From contig NC_090401.1 of the NCBI RefSeq assembly GCF_036365525.1, forward strand, positions 30,711,036 to 30,775,035: 64,000 nt of DNA, given 5' to 3'. Shown in pieces: positions 10,701-24,049 of this stretch. How positions within the stretch are numbered: position 1 is the first letter of the stretch; the number at the start of each line of letters is the position of its first letter. A program made the position numbers and the translations under genes. The notes beneath the pieces were generated by a model that did no database searches, was not told the origin of the DNA, and saw only the letters and a list, made by a program, of their open reading frames with translations. The stretch comes from Heterodontus francisci. Its lineage: Eukaryota.

Positions 10701-12769
10701 ATCAATGAATTTCACAACTGACTGATTGTAACAAGGACTCTGTGGGCTCCTGGCACACATTCAGCTTTTGTGTTCAACATAATCCTTCTTCAGGTTCCAA
10801 TGAACTGTGGGTGAGATCTCTAGAAACCAGAGAAGCCTATTAACACAAGCAGATGGTCCAGCAGGTAATTCACCTTTCTTACACGATACACCACATGTTA
10901 TTGTTTCGGGCAATTTACTTGTTACATAACAGTGCAAATGGCTTAACAAGGTATCGATACTTGTTCCCGGGCTAGGATTCAGGATAAAGATTTGAGGTCG
11001 GCTCCACTGCACATGGTGATCCATATATTGATACAGGCCCATCATTTAGACTGTCTGCACTTATCACAGGCAACCACCTATATCTGGCAGATAGCACTAA
11101 CCATTTGTCAACACCATTGACACCAATTGCAAAGGCAGTGCTTATAATGTAATAACGACTTCCTCACCAGTTCAATCCCTGTACTTACCAAATCTTCCTA
11201 TTCTTCCTCATATTACAGTCATTTCATATTTTTTAAATTACATTGATAAACAGATATCATTCATTCAAAATTTCCCAGTCAGTACTGATATGTGATTGAT
11301 CGAAGAAGCAGAGCCCGGATCTGCTTTTGTTTATGTGCAAGATAGTTAATAGTAACAGGCGGAGACATGAACATCTTCTTATGCCGCAGATAGCCCAGAT
11401 TTGCCTATAGCGCTCAAACTGATATATTTGTAATGACTCCTTTTAATCATTGACTCTAATCTTTTGCCCAAACATCCTTTGTTGAAAGTTTTGCATTTTC
11501 TTTTGCCTGAGGACAATAAACATTAAACAATCAAGCCTTTTGCTTCAATTCTGTCATATTAAATCCTAAATTTGTAGAAAAAGTTTTGCCTGTGGTATTA
11601 GACGTAGTTTTGACATAAATCTGAGGATCTATCTTGTTCATGCACACACGTGTGCAATTGAAGCCCCACATTAATTTGAGACCACATACATCTTTAAAAT
11701 TCATCCATCCTGCTCATTATTTTCTGTGTAATGCAGTTACTGTATAACTTCCCAGTACGTCTCATATCATTGACCTCGCCTGTCAGATGAGAGCTACCTG
11801 AAGCAGTCAGCATCTTCAGCACAGGCAAGATCTAGAAACAATAAACAACAGTTGCACTGGACCTTACACCATTGTAGTCAGTCAGATGTGTAAAAATAGC
11901 TGTGAAAACAAAATAAATGTGGTGGCAGAATGCATTTCGGGTGTTGCGTAAACTTGGGAGCATAGATGTTTACAAATCACTGTGCTCTGCTCTGTCAGTT
12001 AATAACATCATTCCTACCCTTTGATTGTTAGATGAAGGTTTGATTATATATAGACTGTTAAAATACTGCATCCCCATTCACAGTAATGTCAACAGCTGTC
12101 TGCATCCATAGGTTTTGATACCATCAATTTAGCTGAGCAACTCCATCCCACACACTCATCAAAGCCTTTTTGATCTCTGTTAGTCACCATATGCCAAAAC
12201 AAAATTCCTATGTCAAGCTGTTAGCGAATACTTGGGAGGTTGTGGATTTACTATAAAGCCCAACATATCTTCTGTGATTTTATCCATGGTAAGTCAGGAG
12301 ATGCCAGAATTTTATAATGACGGTTGCATGACACCATGGGTTATTATATAACAAGGTGAGTGTTTATATCATGACTGCCCTATCATAATACACAGAATGG
12401 GACTGCCTGATGGAACACTCTTCACTGCTAAATGAAGCAGCATTTAACCTGGCTTGTCCTATTAAGGCCACATTTGGGAAAGTACTCTAAATAGGCAAAT
12501 CTCAATAGTTTGAAGTTAATTGTTATGGCTGAGAAGCGTGTGTCTTTGAAATGTAACTGCTTGTAAGTCCTCAGTTTCTGACCTTGGATAGAGGCCATGT
12601 TACCATTTCTCTAGCTGTCTTTTCTCTAAGGTGGCTCCCTAGTGCTTTGTTGCTGTTTTATAAAAATGATATTTGAGTCCAAGTGTGGCAAACCTCAGAT
12701 GTGTGATGTTTTAAAAATTTCCGCTTTGAGATTGAAAGGCAGTCTAAAGGTGAGACGTTTATGAAAAAA

Positions 12770-12910
12770 GGAAAACTGCAAATGCTAGAAATACAAAAAA
12801 TAAAAACAAACAGAAAATGCTGGAAATACTCAGCAGGTTGCTTAGTATCTGTAAAGAGAAAAGACAAGCTAGGACGTTTCAAGTGTGTTTCCTTCAGTAG
12901 AACTGAAGTT
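12770..12910 (-). mobile_element. Penelope-like element pLTR fragment, degraded
   Basis: acagaaaatgctggaaatactcagcagg motif shared with the elements at 29916 and 49300. Confidence 0.65.
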
Positions 12911-13049
12911 GGATTTTAGTAAGGCTGGAAAAAATAGTATCAAAGGGATAAGAAAGAATCAACAGATACACCGATGGGAGGAAACCTGCAAATTGCTCAG
13001 CAGAAGATCATAAGATGGTAGAAGCATCATCGGTGACATCATACAACAA

Positions 13050-13290
13050 TATACATAGTATTTGCAACACAACAACAGGCCAGTTGGCCCAACAGGTCCT
13101 GGTGTTTATGCTGCACACAGGCCTCCTTCCAACCCTCTTCATCTAGCCTTATCAACTCATCCATCTCTTCCTTTCTCCCTCATGTGTTTATCTAGCTACT
13201 TCAATTACTCCCTGAAGTTGTGTGTTCCACACACTCACCACTCTCTGGGTAAAGAATTCCCTATTGGATTTATTAGTGACTATCTGACAT
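13050..13290 (-). mobile_element. CR1 3' end fragment
   Basis: Reverse CR1 tail and ttccacacactcaccactctctgggtaaag (antisense to the FxQRVV..WN motif). Confidence 0.65.
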
Positions 13291-13384
13291 AAGAAATCAC
13301 AAGCAGTGGAGGGTAAAAAGACACGAGAGAAGATCACACAAGAATGTGAGAATATGAGGAAAAACAGTAAAACAAACTGCGAGT

Positions 13385-15300
13385 GCTAAATTGGGGCATG
13401 TAGCACCTTTTTTAGGTGCTGCGCGGCCACATGAGAATCGAATATGGGGTCCAAGATGCAGGTGCACACTTCCAATGGGAATTGTTTAAGACGGCATCTT
13501 GGTAAAGGGGTTTGTACGGGTGCGCCTAACGACTGCCAGTTACATGCAGATGCTGGTTTGACAATGTTGTCATTTTCATCTTCCACACTTCAGCCAACGT
13601 CCTGTCTTAACCTCACACAGCTGAACTTGACGTTAAATGGAATGAAGGATCCCTTACCACTGCCATTTAAATGGATCATGAACTACTTACAGCTTAGTTG
13701 CTGGATTCTTTTATTCTGGCTGCAGGTGCAATTGTATTTGTTTTTGGAACTTCTTTATACTTGGTTAATGTTTCAGCAGTCTACAGGAAGTTGTCTGGCT
13801 GGTGCTGAAGTTGCTTTTTGATCATTTAAAGTCTTTTGCTGGAAAAAATTGCTTCCAGAGCAGACTCGAGGGGCCGTATGGTCTACTCCTGATCCTTATT
13901 TCTTATGTTATGTTCCAGACATGGGTAGCTGGCAGGGCCTCCTCTGGGAATTATACATGACTGGGCGAATGAATGAGATGACGCAGAGCAGGACAAACTG
14001 CTAAAAGAGGGAGTGTGGGGCGGAGGAGTGCTCTCAGCAGAAGACCATATCCACTGAGAGTCTTCAGGGAGCAATTCTTTTACCTACTTTAGCAAGAACC
14101 AATGCTAGAGACATCTTTGCTTCATCAAAGAGGTTGTGTGAAATCTGCTAACTGCTGCAGTCACAACTGCAACCTCAAAGCAGGGCAAGGACCGCATTGC
14201 CTGTGGCTGTTAAGGTTACTGTAGCTCTTAACTTTTATGCATTGGCTCCTTGCAGGCTGCTGCTGGAGATACTAGTAATATCTTGCAGTTTGCAATGCAC
14301 TGCTGTATGAGGAAGGTCACTGAGGCTCACCAAACACTTTCACCCCATTCCCTTTTGCCACAGACAAGCAACTGGAGCGAGTAGGAGGGTTTGCATGGAT
14401 TGAAGGTTTTCCCAGGTATAGGGTACCATTGACTGTAAGCACATTGCCTTGCATGTGGCTCATGTGAACTCTCCTATTTTCATGAACCAAAAGGGATTCC
14501 ACTCCCTCAAGCTGGTGTGTGATCACAGGCAGAGTGTCATGCAGGTGAATGCCCGTTATCCTGGCACTAATCACAGTTCCTTTATTCAGTGCCAGCCCTC
14601 TTCCACCTGTATTTCAACCACCATGACAAGTCAAAGGCTACTGGGCAACACAGGTTATCCACTCACAGAATGGTTCATGACTCTAGTGCAGAACCCAGGC
14701 ACAAGTGCACAGCAGGCCTGTAATGAGAGTCACGCTGCCACATGGCATATTATAGAGCACATCATTGGCATCATCAAGCCACGCTGCTGTTGCCTGGACC
14801 ACTCTGGAGGAGCCCTGCAGTGCTCAGCTGAGATCAGCTCTGCTCAGATTTGTGGCAGTATGCTGTACAACCTGGTTGTTACGAGGGAACAGACCTTTCT
14901 ACCACTGATCAGGCGAGAAGCTGAGGAACTGGAGCAAAAAGAGGAGGAGGAAGAAGTGAAGGAGGAGTTGGTACAACAGGAAATGGTGGCACAAAGAAGA
15001 AGGAAGGCTACAACATTAACAGTCCATTTCTGCCTGGGGTCTACATGATTAGAACCTTAACCACATCTCCCCATTCAACAAAAGTCCCACATTCCTTACC
15101 TTTCCTCTATCACTGACCATCACATCACCCTCTTGCTGGCAACACAAAAATGAAAACCACCAGAAAACGCATTTCCCAATTCAATATTATAAATTCAAGC
15201 GGGGAGCTGTTCTGTTGGCACTTCACCACCCAAAGCCACTGCTTGCATTTATTTACCACCTAAAGTGACATTGGGTGAATAATATGCTCACCCCAAATAT
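13385..15300 (+). mobile_element. PIF/Harbinger DNA transposon remnant with decayed DDE transposase
   Basis: ORF 14449-15048: NQKGFHSL..VCDHRQSVMQVNARYPG...LLGNTGYPL...NESHAATWHIIEHIIGIIK (DDE_Tnp_4-like); upstream LPVAVKVTVALNFYA near 14197. Ends approximate. Confidence 0.85.
13860..13912 (+). mobile_element. About 53-bp CR1 tail insertion within the Harbinger element
   Basis: gactcgaggggccgtatggtctactcctg...ttcttatgttatg flanked by the direct repeat TTCCAGA. Confidence 0.7.
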
Positions 15301-16107
15301 GGGAGGGAACATTATAATGGGAGGCAAATTAGAGGAGGTCATCATAAGATGTATTTCCCATCATTTGGTGATGGGGTGCCAATGCATCCCTGGCATTCAC
15401 CATTGACATCGGCCCCAGGAGGGGAGGGTGGGCAGTTGGAGTTTAAATAGCTAGTTTGATCACTGAGTGTTTTGATTGAATTATGCAATATATCAAATTT
15501 TAAAAGTTAGAATTTTGTAAAAATCTTTTAAATCTAGGTCTGGCACTACTGGACAACTTGTGCTGTGGCAACACATTAATCACCATGATATCAGAAAATG
15601 GACCAAAATTGAGGCACAGCCAAGGGGCAGACGGGAAGTCCCACCCAACTGAAGATGTGCCACCAGAAAAATCCAGCTTCAATCTATTTACTTTCGGGAG
15701 TTGAGGCCGAGCATTAATCACTGACTGAAATGTAGATAAAGGAAAGTTGTTTCTAAAACAAGTAATTAAAGAATGCCTTTTATCTGTGGAGAGGTTCGCT
15801 GGATTAGGCCAAACTGTATGCAAAATAAATTTCAAAATTTAAATCACATCATTAAAAAATACACAATGTGCACACACCCATTCACGCATTGAATTATGGT
15901 CTTGTGGAGGAAGAAAACTAAGGTTCTAGGTTTTGAAATCAGTTCAAAGAGGGAATTTTGCTGTTAAGGCCACTCTTTTAATGAGAAAAGTTTAACATCA
16001 GGCCCTTTTTCAAGAAGAGTGCTCAGTTCCAAAATTTTTTCAAAGAGTAAGTCTGGGCATTGGAACCTTTTCAAAATCACAGTTTAAAGGTATTATACTT
16101 AATTTAA

Positions 16108-16590
16108 GGGCAGGATTTTCCCTGCGTGTTTCTGAACCCTGTCGTCAGGTTCAAATAGGGGTCAGAAGCCTGCACTGTGTGGAAAACAGTCACTCAATGT
16201 GACCCTGGAGTGGCCAAATAATGGCCAAAGGGTGAGCTTGCTGTTCAACTAAGGATGGTAGCTCTCGGAGCTGGAGGGCCAATCAGAGGCCTTCCAGCTT
16301 GGAAATGGAGGTGCCCTCTCTCCAACCTTTTCAAAGTTTAAGATAAGAAAATGGTCTTTGCCGCTGATATGGAGGGCGAACACTTTTTCAGGGCAGACTG
16401 TGACTGCTGCTGCACCCAGGTAGGCAGAGAGGACCTCATCAATAGCTGAGTCACTGCCCATTCACTGGAGTATAGAATAAGGTGACTATGTGTCCCTGTT
16501 TTCTGGGGACAGTCTGGGATGAGGTCCTGTGTCCCCAATCTTTGGGTGTCTAGGCCAAGATCTTGGTTTGAAACCCTCAATTAGGCCCAC
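16108..16590. mobile_element. Harbinger-type MITE fragment
   Basis: Starts GGGCAGGATTTT; shares aaatggaggtgccctctctccaaccttttcaaa with the element at 23065. Confidence 0.55.
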
Positions 16591-17167
16591 AAACATTATC
16601 ATGAAGCTAATACTCCTGAACATACTCAGCATAGCTACCTCCACATCCCTACTAAGTTAAGGGAGTGGAAGATCCCAGTGGATGGAGTCGGTGCCCTTCA
16701 ACTGACCTCCAGATCAGTAGTCTTTCTAGAGTGGGTGGAGGTTCCACCCTTTCTTATGGCCACAGGAAGCTCCATTGCAAGTCCAGGATCCAATGGAATT
16801 TGCGACCATTCCACCAAACGGCACACCTGAGTTACAGTGGAACTGCCAGCTTTGGGGTTGACATATTCTTGTTCAATTTAGTCCAACTCCCAATGATCAA
16901 TTTTCAATTGTGCTAAAGGAATTTATCAATAGATGGCTACTGTGGCTGTTCAGAAGTGTAATGCTAATTTATGATCCTGACAAAAGTGTAAAGTGGTCCT
17001 TTTTGGATTGGATTCATGATGTCATTTCTCAGTGCATTTCAGATTCTTGGATTTCAGCAAACTCTAACAGTGATTTATATTTCAAAGAATAGACTGAATA
17101 CAAATCTGGGATATTAATAAGAAAGAATCTCATTGAGAGATACCACAGTCAGTTCCTGTATGATGAC

Positions 17168-17942
17168 TTTTTTATTCATTTATGAGATGATGGCATCGCT
17201 GGCCAGGCCAGCATTTATTGCCCATCTCTAATTGCCCTTGAGAAGGTGGTGGTGAGCTGCCTTCTTGAACCGCTGCAGTCCATGTTGGGTAGGTACACCA
17301 ACAATGCTGTTAGGAAGGGAGTTCCAAGATTTTGACCCAGTGACAGTGAAGGAACGGCGATATAGTCTCAAGTCAGGATGGTGTGTGGCTTGGAGGGGAA
17401 CTTGCAGGTGGTGGGTTCCCATGCATTTGCTGCCCTTGTCCTTCTAGTTGGTAGAGGTCGCAGGTTTGAAAGGTGCTGTCTAAGGAGCCTTGGTGCATTG
17501 CTGCAGTGCATCTTGTAGATGGTACACACTGCTGTCACTGTGCGTCGGTGGTGGAGGGAGTGAATGTTTGTAGATGGGATGCCAATCAAGCTGGCTGCTT
17601 TGTCCTGGATGGTGTCGAGCTTCTTGAGTGTTGTTGGAGCTGCACCCATCAAGACAATTGGACAGTATTCCATCACACTCCTGACTTGTGCCTTGTAGAT
17701 GGTGGACAGGCTTTGGGGAGTCAGGAGGTGAGTTACTCGCCACAGGATTCCTAGCCTCTGACCTGCTCTTGTAGCCACAGTATTTATATGGCTACTCTAG
17801 TTCAGTTTCTGGTCAATGGTAGCCCCAAGGATGTTGATAGTGGGGGATTCAGCGATGGTAATACTGTTGAATGTCAAGGGGAGATGGTTAGATTCTCTCT
17901 TGTTGGAGTTGGTCATTGCCTGGCACTTGTGTGGCACGAACG
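17168..17942 (-). mobile_element. CR1/L2-group LINE 3' fragment (second family)
   Basis: ORF 17368-17778 LSTIYKAQVRSVMEY; 3' end ...HHLLKGN* followed by an A-rich tail; same family at 47710 and 60560. Confidence 0.9.
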
Positions 17943-18434
17943 TCCTCAATGAAATACTAAATCTGTGACGTAGTCACTGCAAAATTATTTACATTTAATC
18001 TGAGGTGTTTTACAAGGAAATAGCATATATTCTAAGGCAACAAACTGTGAGACCAAACCTTGACTGTTCAATAACCATCATTTGAACTACCAGAATCACA
18101 TTACTGCTTTGAAATTAGTCACTGATATGTTATTGGTAATAATATATGCAGTTTTAATTGCCTGTAAGGGCTTAATCACATTTCAGTTTGATTTTAAGTT
18201 GACAGTGTTTGTCAGTGCTCCTCAAGTTCTTGATGTAAGATGATACACAAAAAAGGATCAACAATATTGAAGTCAGTATTGCTAGTTTGTGAAGGAGCTG
18301 ATCATCATGCAGCTTTTTTGCCCTGCATATATTACAGTTTTTTAATTAAGTTGTCGCTTGAGTGATTAGTGGCACAGGTATTAAAAAAAAGTCATCCTCA
18401 TATAAGCAATATATGCCATGCTTACTAATCCTAC

Positions 18435-20242
18435 TCTTATGGACAGGTAGGAAATGGTAGGGGTTGTTTTCCCTTTCCACCTCTCAACTGATCACAGACG
18501 CTGTTTTTATTAGAATTGTGCTTTAATCCGTGAGCATTTTAATGATCAATAAACAGACAAATGGCAGGTTTTCTCATAGGTTTAAAGAAAGATAAATGTT
18601 ATTGAACAAAGACCTGATCATTCACAACTTCACCCACACACACACGAGAAAAGGTAAGAGATTAAAAGAGAGCATGCATTTAAGTCTGGTGTTTTTTTCA
18701 GAAGAGTTCATTGTGAAACCTTGTTTGTTTTCCCGGGAGGAAAATCTAAATGGTGTCGTCCTATTCTTCCTGTTCTCCTGGTTCACTGGAGTCATGCTGT
18801 GGAGAGTTTCAGGTGGACGGAGACTTTGCTGCAGACGTCTTTGGTTAAATCTCAGCTATAGTCCGATGGCGAAGATTCTGTTTCTGTCTCTCAGATGGGG
18901 AGCTTTTAAAGGTTATCTTTTGTTCTCCACATCTAGGTAGTTTTTAAAGATGGTTTTCAGCAAGGTCTTCTTCTTGGCCAGAATAGATCTCTCTCTTAAC
19001 CTCCCGGCTGCTGACTTTCAGTCTCTGTTCTGCTCTTGCTTTCTGCACAGAAAAGTCTCTTTTTTGAAAAAACCCTTATCAGGCTTGGTCTCTGTCAGGT
19101 GACCAAAGTTGCTGTCCCCTGATGTTTTTATACAATGGGCTGAATTTTAATGGCGGCGAGCTTCAAAAAGCGCACGGCGGCTCATTAACATGGAGGAGGC
19201 AGAACAACCACCCCCCCATGACGTAGAGGGGGTGGCCACTCCATCCTGGGCAACAGCGTCTGGCACCACTGCGCAGGCACGAGCTACCATTTTTAAAGGG
19301 CTTCAAGCCCTTCACTTATATTTGAATTTTCAAAGATCCTGCTCTCCGGGAAATTAAAATAAAATTTCATTACATCTTTGAAACCCCTCTCCCACTGCTC
19401 CCCACCTCCCCACCCAATGAATGATCGATGTATAAATTGCCCTGTCTCCCCAGAAAATACTTTCATTCATATCCCGGACATCCCCCCCGAACTTTATTCC
19501 CTTTGACCCTCAACCCTTTTCCACCATCCCCGCAACCAATTGTGTTCGTTTTTGCCATTCCCCCCCCCCCCCCCCCCCCCACCACCACCCTGAAAAATTC
19601 ACTCCTCATCCCTTCCCACCAGTGTCACACATTCAGATCTCCAAACGGAGATCCGAAGGCGCGGGAGTTCCGGCCACTGGCCGGAATATCGGCGTGGAAT
19701 GGCCGTCGGGACAAGGTAAATGTTTTTGCATGTATTTAAATGAAGGCTCCACTGCCAAGCACTGAGGGGGCTGCCCCAAGGCCTTGCCGCCGCCGGTAAA
19801 GTGCCACAGGGCCCTCCCGGCATCGAGGCCCTGGGCGGGGGCTTATAAAATTCAGCCCAATGTCTCTGGACATGTGGCCATTGTTAGACAATGGTGTTTG
19901 AATGTTGCTCATTTTGATAAAGTAGTGTTTGGTCACACCTATTATCCTGAGTTTGTGTCTGGAGACCCTAGGTCTGTAAAGGTCATTGTTAGTCCAATTG
20001 GTTGAAAAAGGTAATCATTAACATTGACTGGGGCCATTAACATTTCTAGTGCTTTCTTCAAGGCTGGTCCAGACATGGCTTCAGTCTCCAGCAGTCCAGC
20101 AATATGTATATTTGCAGTACAGAAGAGGTCACCTGACGCCTTACTCCATTTTGTCTTGCAACAAAATTGTGTTCGTTTTTTTGGAGGTTAATTCATCAGT
20201 TCATTTTTATAGTTCATAATTGCTTCTTTCATGATCGTGACA
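18435..20242 (-). mobile_element. Solo LTR (4-bp TSD, Gypsy-like) containing a MITE
   Basis: Ends TCTTATG...CGTGACA, flanked by CTAC (18431-18434 and 20243-20246); left end resembles the reverse complement of the 3' end of LTR 50383-51165. Confidence 0.7.
19137..19858. mobile_element. Harbinger-type MITE
   Basis: TIRs GGGCTGAATTTTA / TAAAATTCAGCCC; 3-bp TSD AAT. Confidence 0.9.
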
Positions 20243-20738
20243 CTACTTAAATGTGTAACAACTCTCTTGCAAACTAATTATCCATCTTATGGCATTCAAC
20301 CAAATTAAAGAATAGGGAAAGAATGCAATTAAGATTTTTCATTCACCATGTGTAGAGTGGGTAGCTTTCTATTAAACACTATCAACAGCTGAACTATCAA
20401 AGGAAAAGGGCAATTACAGGATAAGAATTTCCCAGTTGGCAGGATAGGTTAGGTAATGAATAGATGTACCTGTAAGACAAGATACCCCACCTTTCAAAGT
20501 TGAGATGGAAGCCTTCAAAATGCTATCAATTTGAATGAGTTTGGAGATAAATTAAATCCTTCATCTCTCTAAAGTGGCAGACACCATGGAGATTGGCATG
20601 TCAGTGCTTTCCTCTCTCTCTTCCTATCTTCAAAATCCTTTTGCTTAATGAGAAACAGAAATAATTAAACCACAGCAGTGAGGACAATGTTCACTTCATG
20701 TTTTATTTATTGTTTGCAAACGGCAACCTAGAAATCTC

Positions 20739-21542
20739 GGGCTGGATTTTAAGAGCTGATCTTGGCAGTGAGCTCAGAAAACGCCAAAGAGCCGCCACAA
20801 TCTCCTGCGCGGTGGTTCATTTAAATGGCTGGGACGGCCTGCCCATCCCGCAATCACGTGAAGGGGGCAGGTTGTCCGTCACCGGCAATGGTGTCTGGTG
20901 CCTGTGCGCAGGCACCATTTTTATAGGGCAGCCAGCCCTGCCTGCACATTTATATTTTAAAAGAAGTAACCCCCCAAAATTAAATAAATTAATTTATAAT
21001 GCCCCTTTCCCACCCTCCCAATAACAATTAAAGTAACTATTTGTCTTTCCCCCACAAAATACTTACCTTTTACATCTGGCCTTTCCCCGCAAACTGCACA
21101 AAGTTTAAAGGTCAATCCTTCCCACCATCCCCTACATCCATGATGTATATTTGACCCCATCCGCCACCCCCCACCCCAGCACTGTAAATCTTACCTCCTC
21201 CCCCCTCCCCACTGATGTGGCGCTGCCTTTCCCCGGATGGGGATCTGAAGGCACAGGAGCGCTGGCCGCCATGCTGAAGATCGTGGCGGGCCCTCAAGAT
21301 CGGAGGTAAGTCTATTTAAATGTATTGATTTTATTGATTTGAATATTTTAATTGAAGTCCCGTCAACTTAGTGGTGGGGGGCCGCCATGGAGTCTTGCTG
21401 CCGCCGTGAGCATGGGCTGGGCCCTCATGACATTCAGGTCCGTGGCGGGCCTCACCAAAGCCATCTTCAGACCCCCCTTCAGCCCCCCTCCCACCACCCC
21501 CAACATGGACCCCGATGCCTGGGTGAGAACAAAATACAGCCC
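20739..21542. mobile_element. Harbinger-type MITE
   Basis: TIRs GGGCTGGATTTT / AAAATACAGCCC; flanks CTC/CTG; interior homologous to the element at 19137. Confidence 0.8.
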
Positions 21543-22340
21543 CTGTTTTCCAAATTATATTTTGAAATATCCGCTGAAGTAATATGCAATGGTTATGACT
21601 TGCAGATAAGTACAATATGTAAAATTACTATATCTCCCTCTTCTATTTTAGCCAGATTTTACTTCATCTCCTCTCTTTAGCCTCAGAGAGGTTGGGCAGG
21701 TGATCTGATTCCACTCATCTGCCAGTGCTCTTGAATTGACCGCTGAAACATGTTTTGGAAAACATGGGAGGCGCACGCTCTAATTTGTTTTCCTCTTTGT
21801 GGGAAGTGTCTGGTACATACTCCGCAAATTCTTTTGTTGACCTGGCTGAGATTAGGAACTCACCATGTGGAAAATGACAGGTTAAAGCCCGTCCACTCTC
21901 TGGATTAGTGTTTGGGTTGATCAAGCTGGAGTGTGGTCTGACATTAACTTTGAGAAATATCCCACAGGAAGGAGTTTCAATGGCCTCAGTTGGATATTCT
22001 GGGGGAAAGTGAAGGAAAACTGGTTGATTAGCTGGGCAAGGGAGATTTCATCTCACCGAAACACATTTCTTCGTGGAATCACTGACAATTGATGGCACGG
22101 TATAATACCCCAGGGCAATTTTCTAATTAAGGAGAAATGCATGAGTGCAGAGTGTTGAATTTGGCATCAGTTCAGAAAAACAACTGAAAAGCAAAAAAAT
22201 TAAATTCTCCAATTATTCAATGGGTAAATGCAATGAATAATACGCTACTGAGGCACACAGATCATCTAGGGGTCAGCCTCAATCTCCAGTTTATGCATGG
22301 CATGGTACCGAGGTATACAAACCAGTGAGGTCCTGGCTTC

Positions 22341-23006
22341 AAAGAACAAAGAACAGTACAGCACAGGAACAGGCCATTCAGCCCTCCAAGCCTGCGCCGA
22401 TCTTGATGCCTGCCTAAACTAATACCTTCTGCACTTCCGGGGCCCATATCCCTCTATTCCCTTCCTATTCATATATTTGTCAAGATGTCTCATAAACGTC
22501 GCTATCGTATCTGCTTCCACCACCTCCCCTGGCAGCAAGTTCCAGGCACTCACCACCCTCTGTGTAAAAAACTTGCCTTCGCACATCCCCTCTAAACTTT
22601 GCCCCTCTCACCTTAAACTTATGTCCCCTAGTAACTGACTCTTCCACCCTGGGAAAAAGCTTCTGACTATCCACTCTGTCCATGCTGCTCATAACTTTGT
22701 AAACCTCTATCATGTCGCCCCTCCACCTCCGTCGTTCCAGTGAAAACAATCCGAGTTTTTCCAACCTCTCCTCATAGTTAATGCCCTCCAGACCAGGCAA
22801 CATCCTGGTAAACCTCCTCTGTACCCTCTCCAAAGCCTCCACGTCCTTCTGGTAGTGTGGCGACCAGAATTGCACGCAATATTCTAAGTGTGGCCTAACT
22901 AAGGTTCTGTACAGCTGCAGCATGACTTGCCAGTTTTTATACTCTCTGCCCCGACCGATGAAGGCAAGCATGCCGTATGCCTTCTTGACTACCTTATCCA
23001 CCTGCG
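22341..23006 (-). mobile_element. CR1 3' fragment, relatively young
   Basis: Uninterrupted ORF 22480-23001 (LYRTLVRPHLEYCVQFWSP); tail at the left end; TTCA on both flanks. Confidence 0.95.
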
Positions 23007-23064
23007 TTCAGTCTCTGATCTCTGCATGGTATGAGTGCTGTGACATACAGAACAGCTAGACCCA

Positions 23065-23760
23065 GGGTAAGATTTTCCTGCAGGCTTCAGGACCCTGCCA
23101 TCAGTCTCAAATGGAAGTTAGGAGCTGCACTGTGTGGGAAACAGGCACTCTGGCCAATTAATGGCAGAGGACAGGCTCATTGTCCAATTAAGGATGGCAG
23201 GCGGGCTCTCAAAGGAGGCCTTCCAGCAATAGGAGGCCTTCCAGCTTGCAAGCAGTAGCAGGATGGCATGGCAGTTAAGTGATGGAGAGGGCACTACAAA
23301 ATGGAGGTGCCTTCTCTCCAACCTTTTCAAATTGAATATAAAGAAGACTTTTGCAGCCATCATTTTGTGATAGGGGGTTGAGGGACAGGGTGGCCTGTGG
23401 CTGCTGCTGCTGAACCCATTAGGCATGGAGGGCCTCTATGCCTGTCTGGAGCACTGGCCCCCTGGTCTACTGCCAGGAGGCCACCTCCAGGCAGCTGCAC
23501 TGTCCCCCACTGTCTGCGGGGACCTGGAGGCCAACTGGAAAATCCCAGTCGGCCTCCAACAATAGATCTCAATAAGTCTTTAATTAATTCAGTTGGCTGC
23601 TCGCCCCTAGTGGGCGCGTAGCCCTGCCATCCCCCGATCCCGCCACCAGGAAAATGGCCCAGGGTGGGATGGAGCCGGGGAACCGGCATCCAGGCAGGTG
23701 GTGCAAAATTCCAGACATCCATCCCCGCCCCCAGTGGAGGCTAAAAAAAATCCAGGGCCC
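23065..23760. mobile_element. Harbinger-type MITE
   Basis: gggtaagatttt ... aaaatccagggccc ends; homologous to the element at 16108. Confidence 0.65.
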
Positions 23761-24049
23761 AGATCTACGATGATTTAACTGATCTCAACAGAATGGTAAT
23801 CTTCAAGCAAAGGGTCATCAATACCTGAGATGCCTTCTTGGTAAGGAGGTGGAAACAATCATTCAGGAGAAGTTATATCTTGTGATGGGGTATGGGGTAG
23901 GTGGTGGGGTTAATAGATTTCTTTAGAAGGAAAATTCTGGGCCTAGTATTTTCTACTTTGTGTATGTATCTCAAACAATCCTATATATTTCTGTAAAGCT
24001 CGATAATGTCATGATACTGAACAGACCATTTTTTGAGAATTGCTGAAAA

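Noticed and set aside
12870-12905. Hammerhead in the 12.8-kb pLTR fragment
   Set aside because: The core and stem II are too mutated to call a ribozyme.
14449-15048. Host HARBI1 gene
   Set aside because: Frameshifts, stops and altered catalytic motifs in a transposon context indicate a decayed Harbinger transposase.
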